Made by a program: the position numbers and the translations under genes. From Cyanobacteria bacterium P01_A01_bin.123 (GTDB lineage: Bacteria > Cyanobacteriota > Cyanobacteriia > Phormidesmidales > Phormidesmidaceae), in assembly GCA_039815185.1 (NCBI GenBank), contig JBCBZT010000009.1, positions 128,001 through 192,000 of the forward strand: DNA of 64,000 nt. Direction: 5' to 3'. Below the pieces are notes generated by a model that saw only the letters and a list, made by a program, of their open reading frames with translations, was not told the origin of the DNA and did no database searches. The number at the start of each line of letters is the position of its first letter. Within the stretch, counting starts at the first letter, position 1. Positions 41,545 to 52,500 of the stretch are shown piece after piece.

Positions 41545-41745
41545 ATGGAAGGTACACCAGCTTCAATTCACGATCATTTTGCTGGAGATGCTCAAATCTG
41601 GCAAAGCTTGAAACGAGCCATTAGCAACAGCTCAGGGTTTCAGCGCTGGCAGGGTGAACAAGACGCCAAACAGCTGAACCTTTTCTCCCATGACCAATTG
41701 GTAAGTCGTTATCTCCGAGAGACCTTGGAAACCCTGGCTTATTAG
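41545..41745 (+). CDS. Small conserved hypothetical protein
   Basis: RBS GAGGG; WQSLKRAISNSSGFQRW...YLRETLETLAY; hairpin downstream at about 41751-41780. Confidence 0.75.
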   Translation: MEGTPASIHDHFAGDAQIWQSLKRAISNSSGFQRWQGEQDAKQLNLFSHDQLVSRYLRETLETLAY

Positions 41746-42018
41746 CGGTAGCCTTTAATACCTTCTCAAGGGTTGAAGGCGACAATTATCATACTATTGA
41801 TTTTTATTTAATTTTATAGGTCGAAAACCTTGCCCATAGCTTATTGCCTAGAAATGACGTAGAGCCCAATCGGCCCTGCGTCATTTCTGCACTTTATAAG
41901 GATAGTTGCGTTTGAACGTTTAGGATTGATAACCCAGACGTATCAGATTTGGTAACTCAAGGTAGCGATCGCGGTTGGGCTGACACACTTGAACCCAGGA
42001 ACATCAGAGGATTTTGTC

Positions 42019-42906
42019 ATGAAAGGGTTTGTTCAGCGATCGCGGCTCTCTCGGTGGGCACTTTCCACTTTGAGTTTGGTGTTATTGGCAAGTTGTGGCG
42101 CCTCTGGCGTACCGACCGAAAGTGGCGATACTGCGATGGCTCCCGCTACGGCTGAAGCAGAATCGATGCCATCTGATTCAGCAGATGGGCAGGAAGCACT
42201 GCTAGCCGATACGTCCACCGTACCGACGGTACGTTCTGTCCTAGTCAAGCAGGCAAACCTGAGTTTAACCGTCGAGTCTGTCGATGAAAGCCTGGAGAGT
42301 ATTGCTGAGATTTTGGTTGCGCAGCGAGGCGATTTACTAGAACTCCATGATGAACAGCGGTTTACAGCTAGGGGAGCAGCCTACGTAACTCTGCGCTTGC
42401 GGGTGCCCAAAGACAATCTGGAGACTACACTAACCGCTCTCAAAGCCCTGGGAACCCTTGAGCGGCAATCTATCACGGCAGAAGAGGTGTCTGAACAACT
42501 GGTAGATCTAGAAGCACGGTTGCGCAATCTGCGTAAATCAGAGGAATCCTTGCTCAAAATTATGGAACGGTCAGGCTCGATCCCAGAAGTTTTAGAGGTA
42601 TCACGGGAACTCAGCACCGTCCGCGCCTCAATTGAGCAAATTGATGCTCAGCTTAAAGCTCTGCAAAACCGAGTGGCATATTCCACCATTCAGCTCCAGT
42701 TGACGCCAGTTAACGCCCCCCAATCCCCCCAAGCTCCCCTACCCGAAACCTTGGGAAATACCTGGCAAAACGCAGCTGAGTCCGTTAGCCAACTCACTGT
42801 GGGGTTATTGAAAATCGGATTGTGGCTGCTAGCCTATAGCCCTTACTTTGCTTTCGTGGCGATCGCTTTAGGCCTGGGGTACCGCCTTAGAAACCGTCAG
42901 GCGTAG
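42019..42906 (+). CDS. DUF4349 family lipoprotein
   Basis: Lipobox LASC, LRLRVP, coiled coil VDLEARLRNL, RVAYSTI, C-terminal TM helix. Confidence 0.82.
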   Translation: MKGFVQRSRLSRWALSTLSLVLLASCGASGVPTESGDTAMAPATAEAESMPSDSADGQEALLADTSTVPTVRSVLVKQANLSLTVESVDESLESIAEILVAQRGDLLELHDEQRFTARGAAYVTLRLRVPKDNLETTLTALKALGTLERQSITAEEVSEQLVDLEARLRNLRKSEESLLKIMERSGSIPEVLEVSRELSTVRASIEQIDAQLKALQNRVAYSTIQLQLTPVNAPQSPQAPLPETLGNTWQNAAESVSQLTVGLLKIGLWLLAYSPYFAFVAIALGLGYRLRNRQA

Positions 42907-42931
42907 GCGTGGAGGGCAACTTTCCCCTGAC

Positions 42932-43942
42932 TCAAACCTCGTAATATTCCCGATACCACTGGACAAACTTATCAATCCCTACTTCCAAGGGAGTGTCGGG
43001 ACGAAAGCCAACATCGGCCATCAGGTCGTCTACATCAGCATAGGTCGTTGGGACATCCCCGGGCTGCATGGGCATCATTTGCTTCACCGCAGTTTTGCCC
43101 ATGGCCGCTTCGATCACTTCGATAAAGTGCATCAACGTGACGGGGTTGTTATTGCCAATATTGTAAATTTTGTAAGGGGCACAGGTCGGTAAATCGGCGG
43201 CGATCGCAGTTGCCTCGTCCACCGCTTTCGGCGGATGGTGCATGACTCTCACAATCCCTTCCACAATATCGTCAATATACGTAAAATCTCGCTTCATGTG
43301 TCCGTGGTTGTACACCTGAATCGGGTCACCTTGGGCGATCGCCCGGACAAACTTGAAGTAGGCCATGTCAGGTCGTCCCCAGGGACCATAGACCGTGAAG
43401 AATCGCAGCCCTGTCATCGGAACACTGTACAGATGACTGTAAGAGTGGGCCATCAACTCATTGGCCTTTTTCGTAGCCGCATACAGCGATACAGGGTGGT
43501 CAACATTGTCAGTCACCGAGAAAGGCACCTTGCGATTAGCCCCGTAGATAGAACTTGAGGAGGCAAACACTAGATGAGCCACATGAGACTGACGACACCC
43601 CTCCAAAATATTGACAAACCCCGATAGATTACTGTCTGCATAGGCAAACGGATTTTGCAGTGAATAGCGCACCCCCGCTTGGGCCGCTAAGTGAACAACA
43701 CAATCAAATGACTGCTGCTGAAACAGTTCGCCCATACCTGCTCGATCGAACAAGTCAAGCTGCTGAAAGGTGAAGCCTGCTTGGGGAATCAATCGGGCCA
43801 GTCGATCTTGCTTCAGCTGCACATCATAGTAGTCATTTAGGTTGTCGATACCATAAACCCGATAACCATCTGCCAACAGGCGATCGCTTAAAAAGTAACC
43901 GACAAATCCTGCAGCTCCCGTAACCATCACATTCATAACCAT
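42932..43942 (-). CDS. NAD-dependent epimerase (UDP-glucuronate 4-epimerase-like)
   Basis: TGAAGFVG, HLAAQAGVRYS, YAATKK, RFFTVYGPWGRPDMA. Confidence 0.93.
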   Translation of the reverse strand: MVMNVMVTGAAGFVGYFLSDRLLADGYRVYGIDNLNDYYDVQLKQDRLARLIPQAGFTFQQLDLFDRAGMGELFQQQSFDCVVHLAAQAGVRYSLQNPFAYADSNLSGFVNILEGCRQSHVAHLVFASSSSIYGANRKVPFSVTDNVDHPVSLYAATKKANELMAHSYSHLYSVPMTGLRFFTVYGPWGRPDMAYFKFVRAIAQGDPIQVYNHGHMKRDFTYIDDIVEGIVRVMHHPPKAVDEATAIAADLPTCAPYKIYNIGNNNPVTLMHFIEVIEAAMGKTAVKQMMPMQPGDVPTTYADVDDLMADVGFRPDTPLEVGIDKFVQWYREYYEV

Positions 43943-44730
43943 GTCGCTCCTTTCAAGACAAGCGGGTTGACATCTACTCAGTAGAAGGGCATTTCTTAAT
44001 GATGCTGTCAGGCTAGTTGCAGCGAAGCCTGACTCATCGCTTCGTAAGGTTAACGCAGGGAGCTAGCATGATCATGCATCTTGAGGAGTCATGGAGTCCT
44101 GCTAGCATAACCGATCCAGGGCTGCACTCGACCAAATCTAGTCTAAGCCCTAAGCCTTTTCCCGTTGAAAACCGAATCAGTCCGGATCGGCACAAAATTT
44201 AGCGATGCAAAGCCTCACATCCCTGATGGTTTTACCCGCCCCCTGATGAGAAGGTGCAATGTATCCGGTTGAATGAGGGACAAGGTTATCGCCAATTACC
44301 ATCGGTTTCGCAATTAAAAACTTCGTTTAATCCTGATTCTGAAGGGAAAAATCAGACAGTTTAAGCGTCACCGACAACCCCATTGCTCAAGGACACAACC
44401 GTTCATTTCTAGGTCAACGAAAATCAATTGATCAGGCTAATTGCGATCCCTTCTAGTCCCGTTTAACCCTGATGGAAGCTCCCCTCAAGGTATGGTTCTA
44501 CCCTATCTCTTGATCGGCCGATAACCCTCTATCCGCAGGCCTTACACTGGTTTTTAGAAAATTTCCTAAAGGCGATCGCGACTTTTCTTTCAGCTTAACT
44601 TCAAACTTTTTCGAGCTTATCGATTTGCCTTAACTTGATTTATTCAAACAAACGAACCGATTTTAAGCATCGATGCTAGGATTGCCAGAGAAGAAAAAGA
44701 GAGAAACAATATCAAGGACGTAACATTCAC

Positions 44731-46884
44731 ATGCAAGAGATTGACAAGTCGATTTCCTTTGATGGTAGGGATATTCGACTTAAAGTAGGGCTGTTAGCCC
44801 CCCAAGCTGGTGGTTCAGTTTTAGTCCAGTCTGGGGAAACAGCAGTATTGGTGACAGCAACCCGCTCCTCAGGCCGAGAAGGCATCGATTTTTTACCGCT
44901 ACTGGTCGATTACGAAGAACGCTTATACGCTGCTGGACGCATTCCAGGAGGCTTCCTCCGCCGAGAAGGGCGCCCCCCAGAGCGGGCAACTCTGATTAGC
45001 CGTCTGATTGATCGCCCCATGCGTCCCCTATTTCCCCAGTGGTTGCGTGACGACATTCAAATCGTCGCGACCACCCTGTCCATGGATGAACAGGTTCCGC
45101 CTGATGTGCTAGCGGCAACGGGGGCATCCATTGCCGTATTAGTTGCCCAAATTCCGTTTAATGGGCCCATGGCAGCAGTACGCGTGGGCCTAGTGGGTGA
45201 TGATTTTGTGATTAACCCCACCTATGCCGAAATTGAGAACGGTGATTTAGACCTGATCGTTGCGGGTTCCCCCGATGGGGTAATCATGGTCGAAGCTGGG
45301 GCCAATCAATTACCTGAGCAAGACGTGATCGAAGCTATTGACTTTGGCTATGAGGTCGTGCGTGATCTGATTAAAGCCCAGGAAGAACTGCTCACAGAAT
45401 TGGGGCTTGAACGCATCACTGAGCTTGAACCTGAAGCGGATCCAACCTTGGATGATTTCGTTCGCGATCGCGCTACCGAGGGCATCAAGCAAGTTTTGAG
45501 TCAGTTTGAACTGGCCAAACATGAGCGGGATGAAAAGCTTGATGTCATCAAAGCTGAAATTGCCACAGCCATTGAAGGTTTAGCAGAGGATGATTCTGTC
45601 CGGGGGGCGGTTGAAGCCAATGGCAAAGCCCTAGGCAAAACCTTCAAAAGTCTGACTAAAAAGCTGATGCGTCAACAAATCATCGACGACAGCGTCCGGG
45701 TCGATGGTCGCAAGTTAGATGAAGTGCGGCCCATTTCTTGTCGGGTAGGGCTGTTGCCAGCAAGAGTTCACGGTAGCGGTTTATTTAACCGGGGACTCAC
45801 CCAGGTAATGTCCATTGTTACCCTAGGTACCCCTGGGGATGCTCAAATGATGGACGACTTACACCCAGATGACGAAAAACGCTACCTGCACCACTACAAT
45901 TTCCCCCCCTATTCCGTTGGCGAAACGCGTCCCATGCGCTCTCCCGGTCGCCGCGAAGTCGGTCACGGTGCTCTTGCAGAACGGGCTTTGGTGCCTGTGC
46001 TGCCCCTCAAAGAAGACTTCCCTTATGTCATTCGGGTGGTTTCTGAAGTGCTATCTTCCAACGGTTCCACTTCTATGGGTTCTGTCTGTGGATCGACCTT
46101 GTCGCTGATGGATGCTGGGGTTCCCTTGAGCAAACCCGTCAGTGGTGCAGCCATGGGGCTGATCAAAGAAGGGGATGAAGTCCGCATTCTGACCGATATT
46201 CAGGGGATTGAAGACTTCCTGGGTGACATGGACTTCAAAGTGGCAGGAACCGACAGTGGCATCACCGCCCTGCAAATGGACATGAAGATCACGGGCTTAA
46301 AGTTAGACATCATTGCCGCAGCCATTAACCAAGCCAAACCGGCCCGCATGCATATTCTTGAGAAAATGCTGGGGGCAATCGACCAACCCCGTACTGATCT
46401 CTCACCCTTTGCCCCGCGCTTGCTCACCTTTAAGATTGATCCAGAACTGATCGGCATGGTGATTGGGCCTGGCGGTAAGAAAATCAAGAGTATCGTGGAA
46501 CAGACAGGAGCCAAGGTCGATATCGAAGACGATGGCACCGTAACCGTCTCTTCCCTCGAAGGTAAGGCCGCCAAACACGCTAAAGCCCTAATCGAAGGCA
46601 TGACCAAGAAACCTTCAGCTGGGGATGTATTTGCCGGTAAGGTGACCCGCGTGATTCCCATTGGGGCCTTCGTGGAGTTCTTACCGGGTCAAGAAGGGAT
46701 GGTGCACATTTCTCAGCTAGCCGACTATCGCGTCGGCAAAGTTGAAGACGAAGTGAATGTTGGCGACGATGTGGTGGTCAAAGTCAGAGAAATTGACGGT
46801 CGAGGTCGGATCAACCTCACCCGATTAAATATTCACCCCGATGAAGCGGCCGCCGCTCGTGCCGCTCTAGAAGAAGCCTCTTGA
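44731..46884 (+). CDS. pnp: Polyribonucleotide nucleotidyltransferase (PNPase)
   Basis: [38 protein letters not shown] and S1 domains. Confidence 0.97.
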   Translation: MQEIDKSISFDGRDIRLKVGLLAPQAGGSVLVQSGETAVLVTATRSSGREGIDFLPLLVDYEERLYAAGRIPGGFLRREGRPPERATLISRLIDRPMRPLFPQWLRDDIQIVATTLSMDEQVPPDVLAATGASIAVLVAQIPFNGPMAAVRVGLVGDDFVINPTYAEIENGDLDLIVAGSPDGVIMVEAGANQLPEQDVIEAIDFGYEVVRDLIKAQEELLTELGLERITELEPEADPTLDDFVRDRATEGIKQVLSQFELAKHERDEKLDVIKAEIATAIEGLAEDDSVRGAVEANGKALGKTFKSLTKKLMRQQIIDDSVRVDGRKLDEVRPISCRVGLLPARVHGSGLFNRGLTQVMSIVTLGTPGDAQMMDDLHPDDEKRYLHHYNFPPYSVGETRPMRSPGRREVGHGALAERALVPVLPLKEDFPYVIRVVSEVLSSNGSTSMGSVCGSTLSLMDAGVPLSKPVSGAAMGLIKEGDEVRILTDIQGIEDFLGDMDFKVAGTDSGITALQMDMKITGLKLDIIAAAINQAKPARMHILEKMLGAIDQPRTDLSPFAPRLLTFKIDPELIGMVIGPGGKKIKSIVEQTGAKVDIEDDGTVTVSSLEGKAAKHAKALIEGMTKKPSAGDVFAGKVTRVIPIGAFVEFLPGQEGMVHISQLADYRVGKVEDEVNVGDDVVVKVREIDGRGRINLTRLNIHPDEAAAARAALEEAS

Positions 46885-46921
46885 CCCAAACCCTGAGGCT
46901 AAACTGACCGGATTATGATTG

Positions 46922-46953
46922 ACGGGATGTTCAAAGGTGAACATCCCGTTTTT
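46922..46953 (+). terminator. Intrinsic terminator of pnp
   Basis: ACGGGATGTTC-loop-GAACATCCCGT followed by TTTT. Confidence 0.85.
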
Positions 46954-46974
46954 AAATCATTTAATACGTTTCAA

Positions 46975-47002
46975 GACTCAAGTTTTCAAATCGGATTTGG
47001 TT
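46975..47002 (+). repeat. Dispersed 28-bp repeat, copy 2
   Basis: GACTCAAGTTTTCAAATCGGATTTGGTT. Confidence 0.7.
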
Positions 47003-47083
47003 TTGGGAAAAAGCTAATTGAGAATGTATCTATAGGTTGGAGAGTATCCATCCCTTTGCCCGTATAAACCTGACTATTTTGCC

Positions 47084-47458
47084 ATGACTTCAATCAATCG
47101 CACGTTGTTACGCATCGTCGGCATGGGCTGGGTCTGCTTTATGGTCGCTGGGGTCATCATCAGCCAGGTTTTTGCAGCTCCGACGGTGACGCTGCTGGTT
47201 GATCGCAGCTATTGTGATGCCGCTGATTGGCAGCGTGTGACCACCCAATACGACGCCCTCTATCGCCAGAACCAGCAGGGTCGCGTTGAAATTGAGCGGC
47301 TCGTTCTATTTAGTGACTTGGGAGAAGAGGTGCTAGACGAACCCCTAAGTCCAGAAGACTTTCAAACGCTGTCTACCTATGGCAAAGCCAATCCCGATCG
47401 GCAGCAAACCCTAAAAGCCGAGTATGCCAATGCCCAATTGCTATCCTGCGGCCAGTAG
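47084..47458 (+). CDS. Hypothetical membrane-anchored protein (degenerate VWA-like motif)
   Basis: N-terminal TM helix, then TLLVDRSYC; domain call is weak. Confidence 0.65.
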   Translation: MTSINRTLLRIVGMGWVCFMVAGVIISQVFAAPTVTLLVDRSYCDAADWQRVTTQYDALYRQNQQGRVEIERLVLFSDLGEEVLDEPLSPEDFQTLSTYGKANPDRQQTLKAEYANAQLLSCGQ

Positions 47459-47577
47459 TCGCTCCAATTATTCGCCATAGTGAATTGTCTGCTTGACTGT
47501 TCTTGATGTCGCTATAGCGTCTCTACCTTTATCTTTCTCCTGATTTTCCATTGCCAAAATCATTAGAGAGGGATACT

Positions 47578-47613
47578 ACGTAGGGCGATCGCGATCACGC
47601 GATCGCCCTATGT
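47578..47613. repeat. GTAG-type REP-like hairpin built from two HIP1 sites
   Basis: ACGTAGGGCGATCGCG-ATCA-CGCGATCGCCCTATGT. Confidence 0.65.
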
Positions 47614-47717
47614 ATAGCGCTGACCAGATTGCTTAATACACCGAGTATCGCCGGGATGCCGAGTTTGCAGGCAATCTGGCTCGCAGTCTTGTCCTCACAG
47701 AGTTGGCGACTGCTATA
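47613..47717 (+). mobile_element. 105-bp structured repeat element (MITE-like), copy A
   Basis: TATAGC...GCTATA ends; internal CCAGATTGC/GCAATCTGG stem; second copy at 59246. Confidence 0.7.
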
Positions 47718-47726
47718 TCACTGGGG

Positions 47727-49376
47727 TCAAACGCCAAGCCCGGTCAAAACACCAGACTGCCCCTCCAGTGCTAGGAAGGAGACGGCTTCGGTGGTGTGGT
47801 TAAGTTCACTATCGCGGGATTGCTCCTCGTGAACACCAACCCCAAAACTATTGCTGTTGATGGCGTCAAGCCGCAGATTGGCTGTGTCTGAACCATAGAA
47901 GGAGCCCAGCTTAGCAATTAGTGACGGGGCAGCATTGAAGTCTGCCGCAAAATTGACCTTGCCGCGATTGTGAGTGTGGCTGCGGCCAGTCGTGCCGCCT
48001 TGCAACAAGGTATCACCATCGGATCCTTGTCCTTGGTCAACAGCTAACCAGCCAATGGTTTCTTGGACATGTGTACCCTGATTCAGGGCTTCTTCTTCTT
48101 GCATGGCAACTTTAAAGCCGTTTGAGGTCTGTCCAGTGGTGCGGGTGGTGACCCAATCCCCACCATTGAAAGTTTGTACCTGAGACAGCACCGTAGGCGC
48201 GGACTCAAAACCGGTTAAGTTAACCGAATCAAAACCTTTGGAGGTAAGTCGATTTGAGTTGCGCGTGCCTGCCGAGAGACGGGTGCCATCAGCCAGTTCC
48301 CAGTCTCCAGCCTCCATGACGAGATAGGAAACCGATTCGTTGGTGTGTTTACCGTCTTTGTAGTTGGGCTCCTGAAGGCGGACTTGGAAGGTGCTATCTG
48401 TGATGTTGCGGAGGCGGATGGCAGCTGGATCCGAGCCGTTCAAGGAGGGGTCGGAGACGATGACGACGGGGTTATCGTAAGTGTCATCGAGAGTGATGGT
48501 CTTCCACTGGTGGTTGAGGCTGAGTTTACCGTACTCACCAATTACATCAGCTGTCGGCGTCGGGTTGCCTGAACCGCCACCGGTAGGAAGGTCATCAGTA
48601 TCCAAATCGAGCTTGACGTTTTTAGAATTAATGGTGACTGTTTTGTTGACCGCTTGAGATAGGCCACCGCCGGAGAATGTGACATCGTATTTTCCCGGTG
48701 TTAAGGCAACTTGATAGCCCCCTGAGCCATAAGTATTCGTGCTAAATACGGCGTTATCAGACTGACGGGTTGCCTTGACTTGAATACCGCCGAGTCCTTC
48801 GCCAACGGTATAAAAATCATCGTCGGTTACGCCATCATCGAAAGCGACCCCAGTGAGAAAAGTAGATGATCCAGATTTGGCAAAGTTCTGGGTCGCCATG
48901 ACCGCGTTGTATCCCTGAAATTCACCCGTACGAATGCCAATACCAATCTCTTTGAAATTATCATTTAAGATGTTGGTGCGGTGACCTGAACTCTTAAATA
49001 ATCCCTCATGCTGCGTGCCGACATAGGCTGTTACATTAGGCGTTCCAGTGGTTCCTCGCCAAGATATGTTTTCTCCCCATGTCCAGCTACCTGTAAAGTC
49101 GTAGCCAGCAGATCGCATCCGATCCCCCGCACTGCTTCCGCCAGCGCCTGTGTGGGAAAAGGTATCGGTGTTGAGCATCCACTGGCTATGGTTGCGGGAT
49201 GAATCGATCAGGTCGAAATTAAAGGCTAGAGGCTGTTTGGAACTGCCTGAGATCGTGCCTGATGGTAGCCCCTGATTGAGACCAATGCCGTATTGAGCGG
49301 CTTCGGCATTGGGATTAGACCTAGCCCGATTCACCAATTCGAGCATATATTGCTCATTTGCCGAGGGTTGTGCCAT
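47727..49376 (-). CDS. CAP (SCP) domain protein with a beta-sandwich linker and three H-type-lectin-like repeats
   Basis: ELVNRAR, FSHTG, GENI, SSGHRTNIL, EIGIG, TQNF; three repeats of P(V/T/S)(V/L)...F.V..(Q/H)E...H..E...(Y/W/F)L. Confidence 0.8.
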   Translation of the reverse strand: MAQPSANEQYMLELVNRARSNPNAEAAQYGIGLNQGLPSGTISGSSKQPLAFNFDLIDSSRNHSQWMLNTDTFSHTGAGGSSAGDRMRSAGYDFTGSWTWGENISWRGTTGTPNVTAYVGTQHEGLFKSSGHRTNILNDNFKEIGIGIRTGEFQGYNAVMATQNFAKSGSSTFLTGVAFDDGVTDDDFYTVGEGLGGIQVKATRQSDNAVFSTNTYGSGGYQVALTPGKYDVTFSGGGLSQAVNKTVTINSKNVKLDLDTDDLPTGGGSGNPTPTADVIGEYGKLSLNHQWKTITLDDTYDNPVVIVSDPSLNGSDPAAIRLRNITDSTFQVRLQEPNYKDGKHTNESVSYLVMEAGDWELADGTRLSAGTRNSNRLTSKGFDSVNLTGFESAPTVLSQVQTFNGGDWVTTRTTGQTSNGFKVAMQEEEALNQGTHVQETIGWLAVDQGQGSDGDTLLQGGTTGRSHTHNRGKVNFAADFNAAPSLIAKLGSFYGSDTANLRLDAINSNSFGVGVHEEQSRDSELNHTTEAVSFLALEGQSGVLTGLGV

Positions 49377-49564
49377 TTTTTAGACTCCACGTAGGAACGA
49401 CAGTTTGGCAGTGTCACCCAGTCATACGCTGCATCAGCGCTCTAAAATCAAAACAAAAGTTTCCCCCAATTGGCTGTGAGGGAAAGTGAGTGTTCAGGAG
49501 GGCACAACAGAATCGATTACTCAATCGGGGCTATAAGTTACCCCGATCAAAGAGACGTGAGTCC

Positions 49565-52500
49565 CTAGCTGCGCTCTGTGCAGCGTTGCAGATAGAGGCG
49601 GGCAATTTCGTCATCAGGATTTTCATCTAGGCAGGCTTGAAACCCTTCGGCAGCTTTGGTGTAATTGTGTTGGGTATATTGCAGCAATGCCATTTCAAAG
49701 CAAGAACGGGTGTTGACTTTCCCTAGGGCGATCGCTTTAGGATCGGCATCAAACACTTCATAAACGCTGATTGCTGATGACCGTCCCCGCACGGCGACCC
49801 GATCTACCAGGCGAATGCAGTAATCATTCGAATCATCCAATTCTAAAAACGTTTGGCTGGAAATTAGCAGCGACGCCGCATACTCTTTGGTGAGCTGTTC
49901 AATCCGAGCCGCGACGTTAACGGTGTCGCTAATCACGGTGCCATCCATGCGGCTAGCGCCCCCCACGGTACCGAGCATTAAATTGCCCGTGTTGATACCA
50001 ATACCCAAGCGCACAGGGGCTAGGTCTTGGGCCAAACGTGACTGGTTAAAGCGGCTTAAGGTACGCAGCATACTGATGGCTGCCCGTAGCGCATCGTCGG
50101 CGCTGCCGTCAAACAAAGCCATAATGGCATCGCCAATGTATTTGTCGATAAAGCCACCGTGTTCGGTAATTGCAGGTTCCATGCGGGAGAGGAAGTCATT
50201 AATAAATTTGAAATTTTCCGCTGGCGTCATGGTTTCTGACATTGCCGTAAAGTTTCGAATATCGGCAAACAGCACCGACATTTTGCGCTGGGTTTGATCG
50301 CCGATTTTGACATCAACAATGCTGTCTTTATTTAACAGTTTTAGAAACTGGCTAGGCACAAACCGTTCGTAGGCTTGGTTGAGTTCTGCCAGGTTTTGGT
50401 TGAGCTTTTCTTGTTCGCGGTAGAGCAGAGCGTTTTCTAGGGAAATGGCGGCTTGGCCAGAGAGCAAATTCAAAATTTCTAGCCGTTGACCGGTAAAAGC
50501 CCCGGTGGTCAACCGATTTTCTAAATAAATAACGCCGCGCAACTGGCCTTTATAAAGCAAGGGGGAGCAGAGAATGGATTTTGGTCTTTCTGCCAACACG
50601 TAGGGATCGTTAACAAACTGACCCTGAACAGTGGCGTTGTTAAGCATCACCGTTTGCTTGGTGCGCATCACATAATGGGCGATCGCGACAGAAAGCAGAG
50701 TCCCTAGCGTTTCCGACTCGAAGGGAATCTCTTGCAAAACCGTCATCGTTTCCGTGCCATCGGGTTCAATGCCCCGGGCTGCCTGTAACAGCCACTGATC
50801 GTCTTGCTGTAGGATGAGATAGCCAATTTGGGCCCCAGCATTTTCGACGGCCAGCTTGATCAGCTGTGACAGTAAGTTTTCCAGCACGATTTCATCGGCG
50901 ATCGCTTGGGATGCTCGAATCACTGAGAGCAAATCAAAGTTTGCCGAGCCTGCGGTAGAAGATGCAGTTGAGGCCGTTATCGTTTCCCCAGCCAGCAACG
51001 GATCACGGAGGATGATGGCTTGGGAGAGCCACTGGGGATAGCGCATTTCCATCAGCCTGACTTTCGTCATGGCTCCCCAGCGGGCATAGGTGTGAAACGC
51101 ATTGGTTAAATAGGTGATGCCAATGCGCTCATGACCCAGTTTGAGGTTGAGTTCCCCAGACAGTTCGTAGGCCATCGCCACCTCTTGCACATAGCCCTGT
51201 TGACTGGCTGCTTCAATAGCGGCGTTGTAGAGGGCCAGGGCACGATCGTCGTTGCCCTGAACCCGAGCCAATTCTGCTGCCACTAAGTCGTATTTATGTT
51301 GATGATTCATCGGGGCATGATTAGCCCAATACTCTAGCTTTTGCTGGTTTTGGGTCACAATCTCTAGGGTTTGGGCTTGGCTAGTGGCGTCATCGCTGTT
51401 ATAGCGCGCTAGGCGAATCAACGAATCATAAAAGTACAGCAGCGCCACTTCGCTCGCGGCCGTCACCCCTAATAAAACTTTGGCAGCTTCGGTGGCACTG
51501 GTGAGGGCAGCATCGTAGTTGCCCAGCCAGTAAGCCAGCATCAGCTTGTGCAAATGCAATTCATAGCACCCCAACAAATTGCCGGTTGCTTCATACTGAG
51601 TCAGGTTGGCGAATTCGTCATAATAGTCTCCTACCAATACCGTAGGCTGACTGGTTTCGTGGCTGAGGTTGACCACGACCTGGGTTTGCAGCGCAATCAA
51701 GTTAAGTGCTGCTGCCTGCTTAATTTGGGCAACGAATTGCTGAGCGTCTTGCAGCCGCCCCAACAGATCCGAAAGTTTGTAGCCGGTTAGATAGAGCAGA
51801 TGGACATCGCGCCAGTAACACCAGGCCACAAATTCCCAATCCCCTGTTTCTAAGCCCAGCTGTAAGCTGGATTGAAACAACGGCAGACTTTCATGGGGAT
51901 GGCACCGCCAAGGATTGATAAAGTTGGCGACCAAAAAAATCACCCGATTTTTTAGGGCTTCACCCCCAGGCGCTTCGACCAAGGTTAGTGCAGCTTTCCC
52001 CAGTTGATAACCCATCTCAATATCCTGGGTGACGCCACACATCAATAGGCCATAGCTAGCGTAGGCAAAACTTGAGAGGGGGGCATTCCCTTGTGCTAAG
52101 GAAAGGCGCACCATGGCTGTGATTAACAACACATAGAGGTTGGGCCGGACAATGTAGGCCGATGAGGCCATCCGCCCCATGACCTGCATGGCTGTCAGGG
52201 CTTGCGGATCACTCATCTGGGGCAAATTGCCCAGGTCGGTAATGTCACGGCTGGCCAAGAGTTGGGCCGTGGTGAACAATGCTTCGCCAACGGCTGCCTG
52301 GGTGGGAGTACCGGGCAGGTCGATACTGAACAGCTTGAGGGTTTCAAGGCCAATGGCGATCGCGTCGGCGAGCTGCTTTTGGGCAATCCGGGTTCGAATT
52401 TGAATGTCGTAGGCAGCTGCGCTGTCAAAATGGGACTGGGCCCGATGCAGTAGTTGCTGAGTTAAGCCATCACTGGCTTCAAAACGACCGGTCAAATAGG

